Below are positions 36,545 through 46,669 of a stretch of 64,000 nucleotides of DNA, piece by piece (the stretch's first letter is position 1; every line of letters begins with the position of its first letter). The DNA is taken from positions 7,302 through 71,301 of the forward strand of contig CAYILR010000020.1 of NCBI GenBank assembly GCA_964364175.1, in the 5' to 3' direction. The position numbers and the translations under genes are program-made. This stretch comes from an uncultured Bacteriovoracaceae bacterium (GTDB lineage: Bacteria > Bdellovibrionota > UBA1018). The notes below the pieces were generated by a model, which was not told where the DNA came from, searched no databases, and saw nothing but the letters and a program-made list of their open reading frames with translations.

Positions 36545-38185
36545 ATGGGTGGTTCTTTACGCAGAAAGTTGCAGTTTTTCGGTTTTTCTCTTGTGGCGCT
36601 GTGCCTCCTGGCATCTTCTTTGAGTCTGTACCGGATTGCCGAGGTAGGGCGCTCGTTGCAGTCAGTCAACAGCGTCTCGATTCCCCTGGGCCATCTTTTG
36701 ATGCAGCTCAAGAGTGACGCAGATGTGCTGAAGCGCGAAACTGAACGAAGTTTGGGAAAATCACATTGGGACGATCCTCATTGGAAACCTCGTGCGGTTC
36801 CTGAATGGATTATCAACATCGTTCGCGAAGAGATTTTGAAGTTGGACCACCTGGTCCAATCCAGCTCTGATTTGAGCCAAGAATGGAAGGACTGGAGCCT
36901 GCGTGTCAGCAGCGATTTGGAAAGGCTGCGTACGGACGCGCACCGGATTCATCAACTGATTGAAAAGCGAAATATTCTGGAAGCCTCCCAGCTGCAGCAA
37001 AAATGGCAAGCTGGAATGGAAGATTGGGCGAGACAGCTGAATTGGGGAATTCGCGAGTCGGATCATCTTTCACAAATCAAGTTTGCGCAATCCATGGAAA
37101 AAGTTTTGCAACTTCGCACAGGACTGGAAACGGTTTTGATGATTGTGGTATTGCTTTCGATTCTCATGATTTGGATGGGTGAGAAAACGCTGCGGCCTCT
37201 AGGGCAGCTGACGCAGCTTGCGAGGGAAATTTCACAAAGGGGTCTTCGCCGTCAGGATAAAGCCCTGCTTCCAAAAATTTATACACAGAGACAAGATGAA
37301 ATCGGTCAGCTTGCACAAGAATTTCAAAGAATGGCGACCGCGCTACTAGAAAGAGAAAAAGACCTGGAAATGCAAAAAAGCTGTATTCAGCAGCAGAATA
37401 CACAGCTCAAGGAAATGGTAGAGCTCCAGCGACGCCTCCGCCATGCGGAAGATCTTGCGGCAATGGGAAGAATGTCAGCTCAAGTAGCGCATGAAGTCCG
37501 AAACCCTTTGCATTCAATCGGCCTTGAGGCTGAACTTGCAGCTGAGTTAGCTCAGAATCACGGGATTCCAGAACTCAGGCAGTCCGCGTTGTCGATCTTA
37601 GCGTCAGTGGATCGGCTGGAGACCATCACTGACAATTATTTAAAGCTATCGCGATTGTCCTCTGGAAATAAAAAACAATTTCCCATCAGTGATTTATTGC
37701 AGTCCGTGTTGGCAACTTATGCACCTGTTTGCGAGGCGCAAGGAGTTAAGGTGAATTGGTCGATCGGTGAGCGTGCGCTTCAGATCGAGGGAGATCAAAG
37801 TCTGCTCGAACAAGTTCTAGGTAATCTATTGAGAAATTCTTTGCAGGCCCTGGAAGGTGCTCATACTTCGAATCCAAAAATTGAATTAAGTGTGGGTGCA
37901 ACCGAGGCGGGGGGTTCGTGGCTTTGCATTCATGATAATGGGCCTGGAATCAGCCAAGAGCAGCAATGCAAACTTTTTATTCCATTTGAAACCACCAAGG
38001 CACAGGGAACAGGACTGGGGTTATCATTTTCTAAAAAAGTAATGGAAGATCACGGCGGGCGAATTGAATATAGTGGCGATGATGCTGGTCAAACTGCGGG
38101 CGCATCGTTTTTGCTCATTTTTCCGGCTTATTTGAACACGGAGGGACATGTCGATCATGGCATCGAGCATCTTGTTAGTGGATGA
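36545..38185 (+). CDS. Sensor histidine kinase
   Basis: It has an N-terminal TM helix, a periplasmic/HAMP region, an H-box (AHEVRNPLHSI) and a HATPase G-box (GTGLGLSFSKKVMEDHGGRI). Confidence 0.8.
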   Translation: MGGSLRRKLQFFGFSLVALCLLASSLSLYRIAEVGRSLQSVNSVSIPLGHLLMQLKSDADVLKRETERSLGKSHWDDPHWKPRAVPEWIINIVREEILKLDHLVQSSSDLSQEWKDWSLRVSSDLERLRTDAHRIHQLIEKRNILEASQLQQKWQAGMEDWARQLNWGIRESDHLSQIKFAQSMEKVLQLRTGLETVLMIVVLLSILMIWMGEKTLRPLGQLTQLAREISQRGLRRQDKALLPKIYTQRQDEIGQLAQEFQRMATALLEREKDLEMQKSCIQQQNTQLKEMVELQRRLRHAEDLAAMGRMSAQVAHEVRNPLHSIGLEAELAAELAQNHGIPELRQSALSILASVDRLETITDNYLKLSRLSSGNKKQFPISDLLQSVLATYAPVCEAQGVKVNWSIGERALQIEGDQSLLEQVLGNLLRNSLQALEGAHTSNPKIELSVGATEAGGSWLCIHDNGPGISQEQQCKLFIPFETTKAQGTGLGLSFSKKVMEDHGGRIEYSGDDAGQTAGASFLLIFPAYLNTEGHVDHGIEHLVSG

Positions 38186-39521
38186 TGATTTGCAAGGATT
38201 GGAATCAACTCGAAAAATCCTCGAGCTGGAATCATTTCAAGTGGATGTGGCCAAGGATGGGCAAGAAGCCTTGGAGAAGGTACGCTCAAAAAATGCTGCT
38301 GGCGCGATGTACGATTTGGTGATTACGGATGTCCGCATGCCCAAGATGAGTGGATTGGAGTTTCTTCGTGCTTTGCAGCTATGTGGGCTGGAAGTGCCTG
38401 TTGTCCTGATGACCGCATTTGGCCGAGTGGAAGAGGCTGTTTGGGCCATGAAAATAGGCGCAGTAGATTTTCTTACGAAGCCATTTAAGCGCCACGCTCT
38501 TTTGACGGCGGTCCGAGCAGCACTCCAAAAAGCAAAGCCAAAAGGGAAGGAGCAAAAAGGCCTGAATCCCCCGCTGCAGGCCGATGATTTGGTGGGTGAG
38601 TCTCAGGTGATGGAAAAACTGAAACAGCAAATTTCCCAAGTTGCAGCGACTCCAGCCACGATTTTGTTGACTGGGGAAAGCGGGACAGGAAAAGAAAAAA
38701 TAGCTCGGTTGATTCATCAAAAAAGTTCACGTGCAAAGCAGCCATTTCTTGCAATCAATTGTGCAGCAATGCCCGAGGCTTTGATTGAGTCTGAACTTTT
38801 TGGATTTGAGAAGGGCTCCTTTACGGGAGCCTATGCTGCGCACCGAGGGATGTTTGAAGCGGCGGATGGAGGGACTTTGCTCTTGGACGAAGTGGGGGAT
38901 ATGCCTCTTTCGTTGCAAGGAAAACTTCTCCGTGTTTTGCAGGAGAATGAAGTCAGGCGCGTGGGATCTACTCAGTCGATTCGTGTGAATGTCCGCATCA
39001 TCGCAGCAACCCATCAGGATTTGAGACAGCGTGTTGCGGAAGGAAAATTCAGGCAAGATTTGCTGTATCGTCTAGAGGTGATTGCCTTGCGAGCGCCTGC
39101 TCTCCGGGAAAGAGTTCAAGACATTCCGTTGCTCTCTGGCTTTTTTCTGAGCCGATCTTCTAAACAGCACGACAAGAAAATATCCGTCATCACTCCTGAA
39201 GTGCTGCGGATTTTCAGCGAGCATTCTTGGCCCGGAAACGTTCGAGAACTCTCCAATGTAATCGAACGTGCAGTGATTTTAGCTGAAGGCCTGGAAATCC
39301 ATCCGCAAGATCTGCCCGCATACCTTCGTGATTCAGCCATGGTATCCTCCACGGAATCATGGATAGAGTCGATTCAAATCCCAGTGGGTACGTCACTGAA
39401 GCAAGTCGAAGACCTGATGATTAAAAAGACGCTCGAAGCGACTGAAGGTGACAAGAACCTGGCCGCAAAACTGCTGGGGCTGACTTCCAGAACGATTTAC
39501 CGAAAATTAGAGAGAACCTGA
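38148..39521 (+). CDS. Sigma-54-dependent response regulator (NtrC family)
   Basis: It has a receiver domain (LLVDDD, DVRMPKMSG), an AAA+ sigma-54 domain (GESGTGKEKIARLIH, ESELFGFEKGSFTGA) and a C-terminal HTH. Confidence 0.85.
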   Translation: MSIMASSILLVDDDLQGLESTRKILELESFQVDVAKDGQEALEKVRSKNAAGAMYDLVITDVRMPKMSGLEFLRALQLCGLEVPVVLMTAFGRVEEAVWAMKIGAVDFLTKPFKRHALLTAVRAALQKAKPKGKEQKGLNPPLQADDLVGESQVMEKLKQQISQVAATPATILLTGESGTGKEKIARLIHQKSSRAKQPFLAINCAAMPEALIESELFGFEKGSFTGAYAAHRGMFEAADGGTLLLDEVGDMPLSLQGKLLRVLQENEVRRVGSTQSIRVNVRIIAATHQDLRQRVAEGKFRQDLLYRLEVIALRAPALRERVQDIPLLSGFFLSRSSKQHDKKISVITPEVLRIFSEHSWPGNVRELSNVIERAVILAEGLEIHPQDLPAYLRDSAMVSSTESWIESIQIPVGTSLKQVEDLMIKKTLEATEGDKNLAAKLLGLTSRTIYRKLERT

Positions 39522-40169
39522 TGTGGAGCTGATGAGGAATTCAAAGTTTGGATGATTCCACTTGAGTTCGAGCGCTTTGTTTTGTGACGCAAATCGGCTG
39601 CAAAAACCAAAAATCCACCAGGTGAACAACTCGCATAAAACAGGTCGTTGAACGAGATCGGGTTGAATCCATTCTGCCGAAATCAGCTCTGGTCTGAGAC
39701 AGCGGTGAATAAAAGGTGATTTTTTTGCATGAATCCACACAGGTGTGCCTCGCAGTGCAAAAAAAACCTCCTGCAGCTCCAGTTTGGAATCCCAATCGGC
39801 GTGTGACCATTTTTCCACGGCGTAGCGGCTACCGGCCCCTTTCATGAGATCATTTGCTAGTCGCAGTATTTCGGGAGATTTCTTCAGACCCTCTGCAAGA
39901 GTGGAGAGGCACTCAAATATTTTTACTTCCGATTGAGATAAAAAGGATTCAGCTGAATCTGCTCCCAGCAGATTGTCTCGATTTTTTTTATTGGTTTTTT
40001 CATTCCAAATCGGAAGCGCGTTTTTCGCGGATGAATCCACGAGCTCAAAGCAATCATTTGCAAGAAGTTGCAGCTCGATCAGGGCTGAGTGCCAATGATC
40101 CTGCTGAAAAGATAGCTCTCTCTGAAACCACACGCTCTCTATGCTGACATGAAGGGAGAACTCCGGCAA
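39507..40169 (-). CDS. Hypothetical protein (TTG start)
   Basis: 220-aa ORF whose start codon directly abuts a C/G homopolymer. Confidence 0.35.
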   Translation of the reverse strand: MPEFSLHVSIESVWFQRELSFQQDHWHSALIELQLLANDCFELVDSSAKNALPIWNEKTNKKNRDNLLGADSAESFLSQSEVKIFECLSTLAEGLKKSPEILRLANDLMKGAGSRYAVEKWSHADWDSKLELQEVFFALRGTPVWIHAKKSPFIHRCLRPELISAEWIQPDLVQRPVLCELFTWWIFGFCSRFASQNKALELKWNHPNFEFLISSTSGSL

Positions 40170-40179
40170 GAGGGGGGAT

Positions 40180-40189
40180 GGGGGGGGGG
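40180..40189. repeat. G10 homopolymer (C10 on the minus strand) within the G-rich tract 40172-40193
   Basis: The sequence is read directly: GGGGGGATGGGGGGGGGGAGGG. It lies between the genes 40236..40856 and 39507..40169, both on the minus strand. Confidence 0.6.
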
Positions 40190-40235
40190 AGGGATATCTT
40201 GCCGGAGTATTCTGGTGACAACTGTTATTTCACTG

Positions 40236-40856
40236 CTACTTCTTCACAGTGAAGGTGATGTTGTCTAAATTTCTTCCGCAGAAGAGAGCATTGCTGCCCG
40301 TCATTCCGCAGGACACAAATCGCATGCTAACTTGGTCGATCATGTAAGGGTAAACCAACTCGAAGGTCACCATATCGGTGCTCGAGATTGGATTGCTTTT
40401 GAAAACGGCAGTTCTGAATGCCAAACCTTCTGCATTAGCAACTGTGTAAAAAGGATAGCTGAAAGTGACGCCAAAATCCGGCGAAGAGAACGCGACTTTG
40501 AGACAATTTTTCTCGTCCACAGTGACATTGACGTTTGCATCGTGCGAGGTGCTGTTTCCATATATTGGATCAGCAATGGTCATCGTCCGATTGGTGAAGT
40601 TGTGTACGTAGGCTTTCATGTCTGGTGAGCACGCTTCACTGGAGTTCTGCGGAGTACTTCCAGGTTTACTGCCTGTGGGCGGTCCAAAAGTGTTGGGGGG
40701 TTGAAGGGCTGGATTTCCAGGGTTTGTGGGTGGGGCTGCTGGAGTCAGGTTGGTGTTGGTTGGTGTGCTTTCAGCGCTTCCGCAACCGACTGCCGACAGG
40801 GACAACAACGCTGCTCCCAATGCTACCAATATAATTTTTTTGCTTCGCATTTTCAT
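40236..40856 (-). CDS. Lipoprotein, hypothetical
   Basis: The signal peptide carries a lipobox (LSLSAVGC), followed by a Pro/Thr-rich linker. Confidence 0.5.
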   Translation of the reverse strand: MKMRSKKIILVALGAALLSLSAVGCGSAESTPTNTNLTPAAPPTNPGNPALQPPNTFGPPTGSKPGSTPQNSSEACSPDMKAYVHNFTNRTMTIADPIYGNSTSHDANVNVTVDEKNCLKVAFSSPDFGVTFSYPFYTVANAEGLAFRTAVFKSNPISSTDMVTFELVYPYMIDQVSMRFVSCGMTGSNALFCGRNLDNITFTVKK

Positions 40857-40946
40857 AAATCTCTCTCACTCTACTCACGGAGAGGTATTGCACAAGGAGT
40901 GCCAATTCGGACACACTGTAAAACCCTTATTACATCTAAAATGTGT

Positions 40947-43649
40947 TTAAGAAATAGACAGCTGTAAACACTCTTGTGAGAGTTTTTGAAGCTGCGCTCG
41001 GTGCTCAGTCAGTTCGCCATGCGCTTTCAAAAGGTCATTCGCTGCTGTGTCAGCCACTTCAAGGAATTTGGGGAGTTTCAGGTAATCCGCAAGTTCGCCC
41101 CAGGTAGGATGGGTGACCCCCTCCAAAAGACTTTCGATCATATCCAATACACGCGTTCGATCGGAGAAAAGGTAGAGTGAGTGACCCGACTCGGTCAGAA
41201 ACAGAATACCAGGTGAAGGTGATTTGACCCTCTCAAAACGTCCGATGGGAATATGGTTGGGCAAGCTACCTTTGAGCCGGACGGCTGGATGAATGGTCGC
41301 TGGTAGGAATTCGGCCCCGGTCATCGCTTGAGAGAGGACTTGTTTCCAGATCATTTTTCCATTCGGATTCACCATGGAGCTCAATGCATTCAAATGCTCT
41401 TCGGATTCATGCAGCAAGCGGGTACACAAAACAAAGACGCGACCTCGAGCTGGGGACTGGGAATTTTTTTGCACTGATTCCAAGACCTGAAGTGGATTTT
41501 TTTTAATTTGCCCCGGCAAAGGATCCGAAATCGGCGGAGGGTCCTTCAGAGCGGATATGAGCCAGCGTGGAATCGGAAGATATTTAAACAAAGCTTCTGT
41601 TAAAACCCAACGGTCATTTTTCTTCTCGCAATGGTTTTCCAACCAAAGACGCATCAAATCCGATTCCAGGTAGCACTTCAAAGGAGGAAGCCAAGTCGTG
41701 TCGGGAAAACGAATGAGAATCAACTCTTTTTCCTGAGGCGGGCGATTGAAGGTAGGAATCACAGACAATCCGCAGCCGTCCCCTGTGCGGACCGTTTTGA
41801 CCCATACGGCGTTTTTCAGGACGAAACTAGGAATGGGGGGTACCGGTAATGTTGCACCCGAAAGAGACGATTTGCCGCCATGGACTTGAACGGTGGCGAA
41901 GCTCGCTAAAGGATCCGACTGAGTGCGCAGAATTTCAATTTGAGCCTGTTGATTGTGATTGGTAGGATCCGGCCATTTTTGGATCCAGTCCCTTTGGTAG
42001 GTGGGGCTTTCGTGCCTGTGAATCTGCCATGCATGATTTTGTGAGGGCGCAGGATTGGTTTTCAAAACCGAGGAGCTTAGGGCAGATCCCAGCAAAACAG
42101 GAACTTCAATGTGGCTTCTGATTTGTCCACGAATTGTAATCCGGACAGGGCGGTGTGCATGCCGAGCATCGATTGAAGCTTCTCTTTGAAATAGGTAAAC
42201 AAATTTTGGAAATAAAGGAGCGGGTGATGGGAGAGAATGCTCCACTTGCGAGAAATCCCACTCGGCAATTAATTTTGATTTTTCTAGGAAGAGCGATAGT
42301 AGCGCCTCCCCGTCATTCTTGGTCAGAGGTTCTTCGCGGATCCACCACATCCATCCGCCAGGGCGTAGTTTCGTCAGTGTGACTCCTGCCTGAAGTCCGC
42401 CCATGCTGCTGGTAGGGCAGCGGATTTTTTTAAAATATTCCAGCTCGTCCAGCATTTCTTTGAAACGGATCGCTTCCCCTGATTTTTGATTGAGGCGGAC
42501 ACAATGCTCTTCCACCACAAATCCTAGATCACAGGCCTCAATTTCAGCAATTTTTCCCAGAATGGGGGAGGTCAATGAAGTGCCAGAGAACCCCAGACTC
42601 AGTTGTTCGCGAGAATGGGTTTCCAGTCCTGTTCCTGTCGTCCACAGGGGCGGTGAGCAAGGCCCCCACCAAAGTTTTGCAAATTCTGCTGCGTAGAACT
42701 GCAGAGCTTGGGATTCAGTGCCTATCCACTGAAAATCGCCAGGCGCAGAACGCATCAAGGTCCCGTCGCGCAATGTGGGAGAGAAAATGATTTTCTTCCT
42801 GGGAATGGGGGAAGAATTTTCTGATGGATTGAACCCTGCAGAAATGATCGCGTTCCATAAGCTCGAATAAAATCGAACATCATAGCTTTTGAGTTCCGGC
42901 CAGGCGGGTTGGTGCCGACGAATGCCAAAGAACAGATCCAGCATGATCTGCGGGGTTTCCTGCTCAAGTCGCAGGGACTCCATTTTTTTCCATATGTCTT
43001 GTTGAATATAATTGCCGGGGTTGTACCAAGAGAACAGGTTCTGCGTTGTAATGTTCCATCGTTCGCAATTGCCAGGCCGCAGGAATCCCTGAAGAGCCTG
43101 GCTGAGGTGATAGTTGAGAGAACCTAAGTCCTCCATTTTCCAGCGGCGGATTCCTCGGTCAGTCCATGCCTTGAGCAGCAATACTTGGGCTAGGTAGAAT
43201 ACAGCGAGTTCCTCAAAGTAGGTCAAAAGTGCTATGTTTTGAGCGGGTGTCCTGGGGCCATCGATCCAGCTTTGCAGCCAAATATTGGGATCGCTGTGTT
43301 TTTTCGGAATTCCTCCCGCGCCCTCCGAAAGCAGCTCGAGGTATTGTGCGATTGAGGCTCTCCGAGTGCGATTGACCTGCATCAACGCCATGGGTTTTTC
43401 CAAAAGTTCGCTCATCATCTGAGAAGCGAGCTGGGCAAAAACCGGAAGAATCGAAGTGAGTATCCGCTTTGGAGGAGGAAGGATGTTTTTTTGGAATAGG
43501 GGTGGTGCGGGCGGAGGAATGGGACTCATGCCTAGAGCCTGGCCGAGTAAATCTGGAATGGGTACGGCACCCTCGGGCTTTTGAGCCTGAGAATGCGTAG
43601 CGCCCAGTGACTTTCCAGAAAGCAGAGAAGTCAGCTGTTGAGAATCCAT
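40947..43649 (-). CDS. Large (900 aa) hypothetical cytoplasmic protein
   Basis: It is one long uninterrupted ORF. I recognise no catalytic motif. Confidence 0.5.
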   Translation of the reverse strand: MDSQQLTSLLSGKSLGATHSQAQKPEGAVPIPDLLGQALGMSPIPPPAPPLFQKNILPPPKRILTSILPVFAQLASQMMSELLEKPMALMQVNRTRRASIAQYLELLSEGAGGIPKKHSDPNIWLQSWIDGPRTPAQNIALLTYFEELAVFYLAQVLLLKAWTDRGIRRWKMEDLGSLNYHLSQALQGFLRPGNCERWNITTQNLFSWYNPGNYIQQDIWKKMESLRLEQETPQIMLDLFFGIRRHQPAWPELKSYDVRFYSSLWNAIISAGFNPSENSSPIPRKKIIFSPTLRDGTLMRSAPGDFQWIGTESQALQFYAAEFAKLWWGPCSPPLWTTGTGLETHSREQLSLGFSGTSLTSPILGKIAEIEACDLGFVVEEHCVRLNQKSGEAIRFKEMLDELEYFKKIRCPTSSMGGLQAGVTLTKLRPGGWMWWIREEPLTKNDGEALLSLFLEKSKLIAEWDFSQVEHSLPSPAPLFPKFVYLFQREASIDARHAHRPVRITIRGQIRSHIEVPVLLGSALSSSVLKTNPAPSQNHAWQIHRHESPTYQRDWIQKWPDPTNHNQQAQIEILRTQSDPLASFATVQVHGGKSSLSGATLPVPPIPSFVLKNAVWVKTVRTGDGCGLSVIPTFNRPPQEKELILIRFPDTTWLPPLKCYLESDLMRLWLENHCEKKNDRWVLTEALFKYLPIPRWLISALKDPPPISDPLPGQIKKNPLQVLESVQKNSQSPARGRVFVLCTRLLHESEEHLNALSSMVNPNGKMIWKQVLSQAMTGAEFLPATIHPAVRLKGSLPNHIPIGRFERVKSPSPGILFLTESGHSLYLFSDRTRVLDMIESLLEGVTHPTWGELADYLKLPKFLEVADTAANDLLKAHGELTEHRAQLQKLSQECLQLSIS

Positions 43650-43747
43650 CTGTAAAGCATTTCCCCCGTTAAAAACGAACTTGGACTATCTGAATAACAA
43701 AGATTCAGATTCTTCTCAAACTTCTTGGATTTTTTTCCGAGAAGTTT

Positions 43748-44383
43748 TTGAGTGCTATTGCACCCAACAATGGATCGGGGATTCGACTCATGTCAGCAGA
43801 GAAGAAAATAGAAGCGGTCGAAAATCAGGAAATTAACGAAATTGTCAATGATATTGGCAAATTGCAGGCTGAACTGCAGAAAACAGCGGAACCTGTGGCT
43901 CAGCGTCCCAATTTGACAGTCGTGCCCGATCTGCCTGCCGAGCCACCTGTCGAGGGTCATGAATTTCAGGGAGGAGGTTCGGGAGAGGCCTCGCTTGAGG
44001 ACACGCTGGGGTCGATGAAAGAAGAAGAGCCTGCGTCTGGAAAAAGTATATTGGATGTCGCTCCAGCTGAACCCACACCCGCGCCGGTAGTGGCAGCTGA
44101 GGCAGAGCCAGCGGCTGCAGTAGAAACAGTTGCTCAACAGTCTCTAGAGAAAGAAGTGGAGGCAGAAGTGAGTCGAGAAATAGAAGAAAATACATCAGCA
44201 GCAGAGGATGGTTCGTTAACACTCAAGCTGACCGGGAAAATGAAATTGAAGCTCAATTACGAATATTCCGGCAATGAAGTGAGTGTGCATTTTGATGAGG
44301 ATTTCCTCCATGTCGAAATGGCCGATGGTACCGAGTTCAAAATTCCTGTTCATAAGAAATCCCAGAGTTCACAAGCGGCCTAA
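43748..44383 (+). CDS. Acidic Pro/Ala/Glu-rich hypothetical protein
   Basis: A low-complexity acidic region is followed by a small C-terminal beta-rich domain. Confidence 0.4.
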   Translation: MSAIAPNNGSGIRLMSAEKKIEAVENQEINEIVNDIGKLQAELQKTAEPVAQRPNLTVVPDLPAEPPVEGHEFQGGGSGEASLEDTLGSMKEEEPASGKSILDVAPAEPTPAPVVAAEAEPAAAVETVAQQSLEKEVEAEVSREIEENTSAAEDGSLTLKLTGKMKLKLNYEYSGNEVSVHFDEDFLHVEMADGTEFKIPVHKKSQSSQAA

Positions 44384-44403
44384 GAGCAAGTACAGTCTCA
44401 TCA

Positions 44404-44991
44404 GTGCAGATCACTGGTGGAGAATTCAAAGGTCGTCCTCTCAAAGTTCCTCCCGGGCAAAATACCCGTCCTACTCTTGCAAAACTCAGACAAGCCATGT
44501 TCAATTCGATTCAGGCTTATATTCCTGATGCACGGGTTCTCGATTTATTTGCAGGATCGGGTTCGCTTGGGATTGAAGCCTTGTCTCGCGGCGCCGAATC
44601 AGTTGTTGCGGTTGAAAATCATTCGGGCGCGGCGCGGGCGATTGAACAAAACGTCCAAATATTCAAAATCCAAGACCGCTATCAGTTGATTCGCGAGAAT
44701 GTTGCAAAGGTCTGGCCCAGAGTGCTTGAAAAAGGGCCGTTTGATCTGGTTTTTGCGGATCCTCCTTATGAAGATGGCTGGGAGGGCCGGCTTTTGACCG
44801 AGGCACCGTGGGAAATTCTGCTCAAGCCCGATGGACTTTTTCTGTTGGAGTGGGGTGCTCTCAAATCTGGCAAAAAAGAGTTGCCGGAAAGTGTTCCATT
44901 TCTTGTCAAAATCCGAGAAAAAAACTATGGTGACACGGTTTTAACGACCTATCGTTGTGTAGTTAAACAAGCCAGTGAGGAGGCTGTTTGA
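44404..44991 (+). CDS. rsmD: 16S rRNA (guanine966-N2)-methyltransferase RsmD
   Basis: It has the motifs GGEFKGRPLKVPPG, the SAM-binding VLDLFAGSGSLGIEALSRGA, and DLVFADPPY. Confidence 0.8.
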   Translation: MQITGGEFKGRPLKVPPGQNTRPTLAKLRQAMFNSIQAYIPDARVLDLFAGSGSLGIEALSRGAESVVAVENHSGAARAIEQNVQIFKIQDRYQLIRENVAKVWPRVLEKGPFDLVFADPPYEDGWEGRLLTEAPWEILLKPDGLFLLEWGALKSGKKELPESVPFLVKIREKNYGDTVLTTYRCVVKQASEEAV

Positions 44992-45473
44992 GTTTGCGCG
45001 CTATTTATCCTGGTTCTTTCGATCCCCTGACTAATGGGCATTTGGACATTTTGGATCGGAGCCTGAAATTCTGTTCCGAAGTTATCATTGTTGTTGCGGG
45101 GACCGGTCGCAAGGATCCGCTTTTTACGCCTGAAGAAAGAGTGGAAACCATCCGCGAAGTCACGCGCAAGCGCAAAGGCGTGAAAGTGGATCACTGGGAT
45201 GGATTGATCATGGACTATGCGCAAAAGCACAACATCAACGCAGTGATCCGGGGGCTGAGAGCCGCGAGCGATTTTGAGTACGAGTTCATGATGGCCAGCA
45301 TGAACCAGCAAATCCACTCAGAAGTAGAGACTCTGTTCATGATGACCGGGCAGAATTTGTTTTTCGTGAGTTCAACAATGATTAAAGAGTTATTCAGGTA
45401 CGGGGGAGATATTTCGCCATACGTTCCGCGGGAAGTCGTTCGGCGATTAAAGATGAAAGGAAAAAACCGATGA
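44988..45473 (+). CDS. coaD: Phosphopantetheine adenylyltransferase
   Basis: The motif AIYPGSFDPLTNGHLDI is present, and rsmD-coaD synteny is conserved. Confidence 0.9.
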   Translation: MSLRAIYPGSFDPLTNGHLDILDRSLKFCSEVIIVVAGTGRKDPLFTPEERVETIREVTRKRKGVKVDHWDGLIMDYAQKHNINAVIRGLRAASDFEYEFMMASMNQQIHSEVETLFMMTGQNLFFVSSTMIKELFRYGGDISPYVPREVVRRLKMKGKNR

Positions 45474-46648
45474 CCCCCTCTCTCTCAAAAAGGCTAGATG
45501 GAGTTTCGGAGAGTGCAACTCTTCGACTCAACGCCAAAGTGCAGGAACTCAAAGCGGCGGGCAAACCTGTGATTAATCTCACTGCAGGGGAACCCGATTT
45601 CAACGTCCCCGATCCTGTCAAGCAGGCGGTGATCGATGCGGTCCATCAGAATCAATCCAAATACACTCCTGTCCCCGGAATCATGAAATTGCGTGAGGCG
45701 ATTGCAGAGAAAACCAATCGCGATCAACCGTCGCTGGCTGCAAAAAAACCTTGGGCCGCGAAGAATGTCATCGTGACCAATGGCGGGAAACAGGCACTCT
45801 CGAATTTCTTTTTTGCAACCTTGAATCCTGGAGACGAAGTTCTGATTCCAAGCCCGTTTTGGGTGAGCTATCCAGAAATGGTGATGATTGCAGGCGGAGT
45901 GCCCAAACTCGTGCCATCAACTTTTGAGAGTGGATTCAAAATCAATCCTGGGGATCTGCGTCGTGCGATTACGCCACGGACGAAAGTTTTGGTGTTGAAC
46001 TCCCCATCGAATCCCACGGGAGTGATGTATTCAAAAGAGGAGCTCAAAAAACTAGGTGAAGTCTTGAAGGCGCCGGGAGCCGAGCAAATCTGGATCGTGA
46101 GTGATGAAATCTACGACCGCATTATTTTAGGGGATCTGCCGTTTTGCTCTTTTGGCGAGGCCTGTCCGGATCTTGGCGATCGAATTGTGACGGTGGGAGG
46201 GCTGTCAAAAAGTGCTGCGATGACAGGATGGCGCGTCGGCTGGAGTGTAGCGTCTGTGAACGTGACGCAAGCCATGAATACACTGCAGGGGCAGAGTACA
46301 TCGGGCATTAACGCCCCCGCACAGTGGGCAGCAATTGCCTCGTTGAAATTGCCAGAAAAAACCTTTGAATTACAGCAGGATATTTTTAAACGACGCCTTC
46401 AGATCGCGTTGGAAATTTTATCTAAATCTGCGAAAATAAAGTGGGTAGTCCCTGCTGGCTCGTTTTATCTATTTGTGGGTGTTGGGGAGGATTCTGTTTC
46501 GTTTTGCGAACGACTTTTGGAACAGGCTCTGGTGGCCGTGGTTCCAGGTGAGCCGTTTGGTGAAAAGGAATTCGTGCGAATCAGTTTCGCAACCGACGAC
46601 CAAACGCTTCGGCAAGGACTTGAGAAGCTTGTGAAATTCACAGGCTGA
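45470..46648 (+). CDS. Pyridoxal-phosphate-dependent aminotransferase (class I, aspartate aminotransferase-like)
   Basis: It has the PLP-lysine region GLSKSAAMTGWRVGW and a class-I fold. Confidence 0.85.
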   Translation: MTPSLSKRLDGVSESATLRLNAKVQELKAAGKPVINLTAGEPDFNVPDPVKQAVIDAVHQNQSKYTPVPGIMKLREAIAEKTNRDQPSLAAKKPWAAKNVIVTNGGKQALSNFFFATLNPGDEVLIPSPFWVSYPEMVMIAGGVPKLVPSTFESGFKINPGDLRRAITPRTKVLVLNSPSNPTGVMYSKEELKKLGEVLKAPGAEQIWIVSDEIYDRIILGDLPFCSFGEACPDLGDRIVTVGGLSKSAAMTGWRVGWSVASVNVTQAMNTLQGQSTSGINAPAQWAAIASLKLPEKTFELQQDIFKRRLQIALEILSKSAKIKWVVPAGSFYLFVGVGEDSVSFCERLLEQALVAVVPGEPFGEKEFVRISFATDDQTLRQGLEKLVKFTG

Positions 46649-46669
46649 GAATATTTCTGAGGAGGTTTT

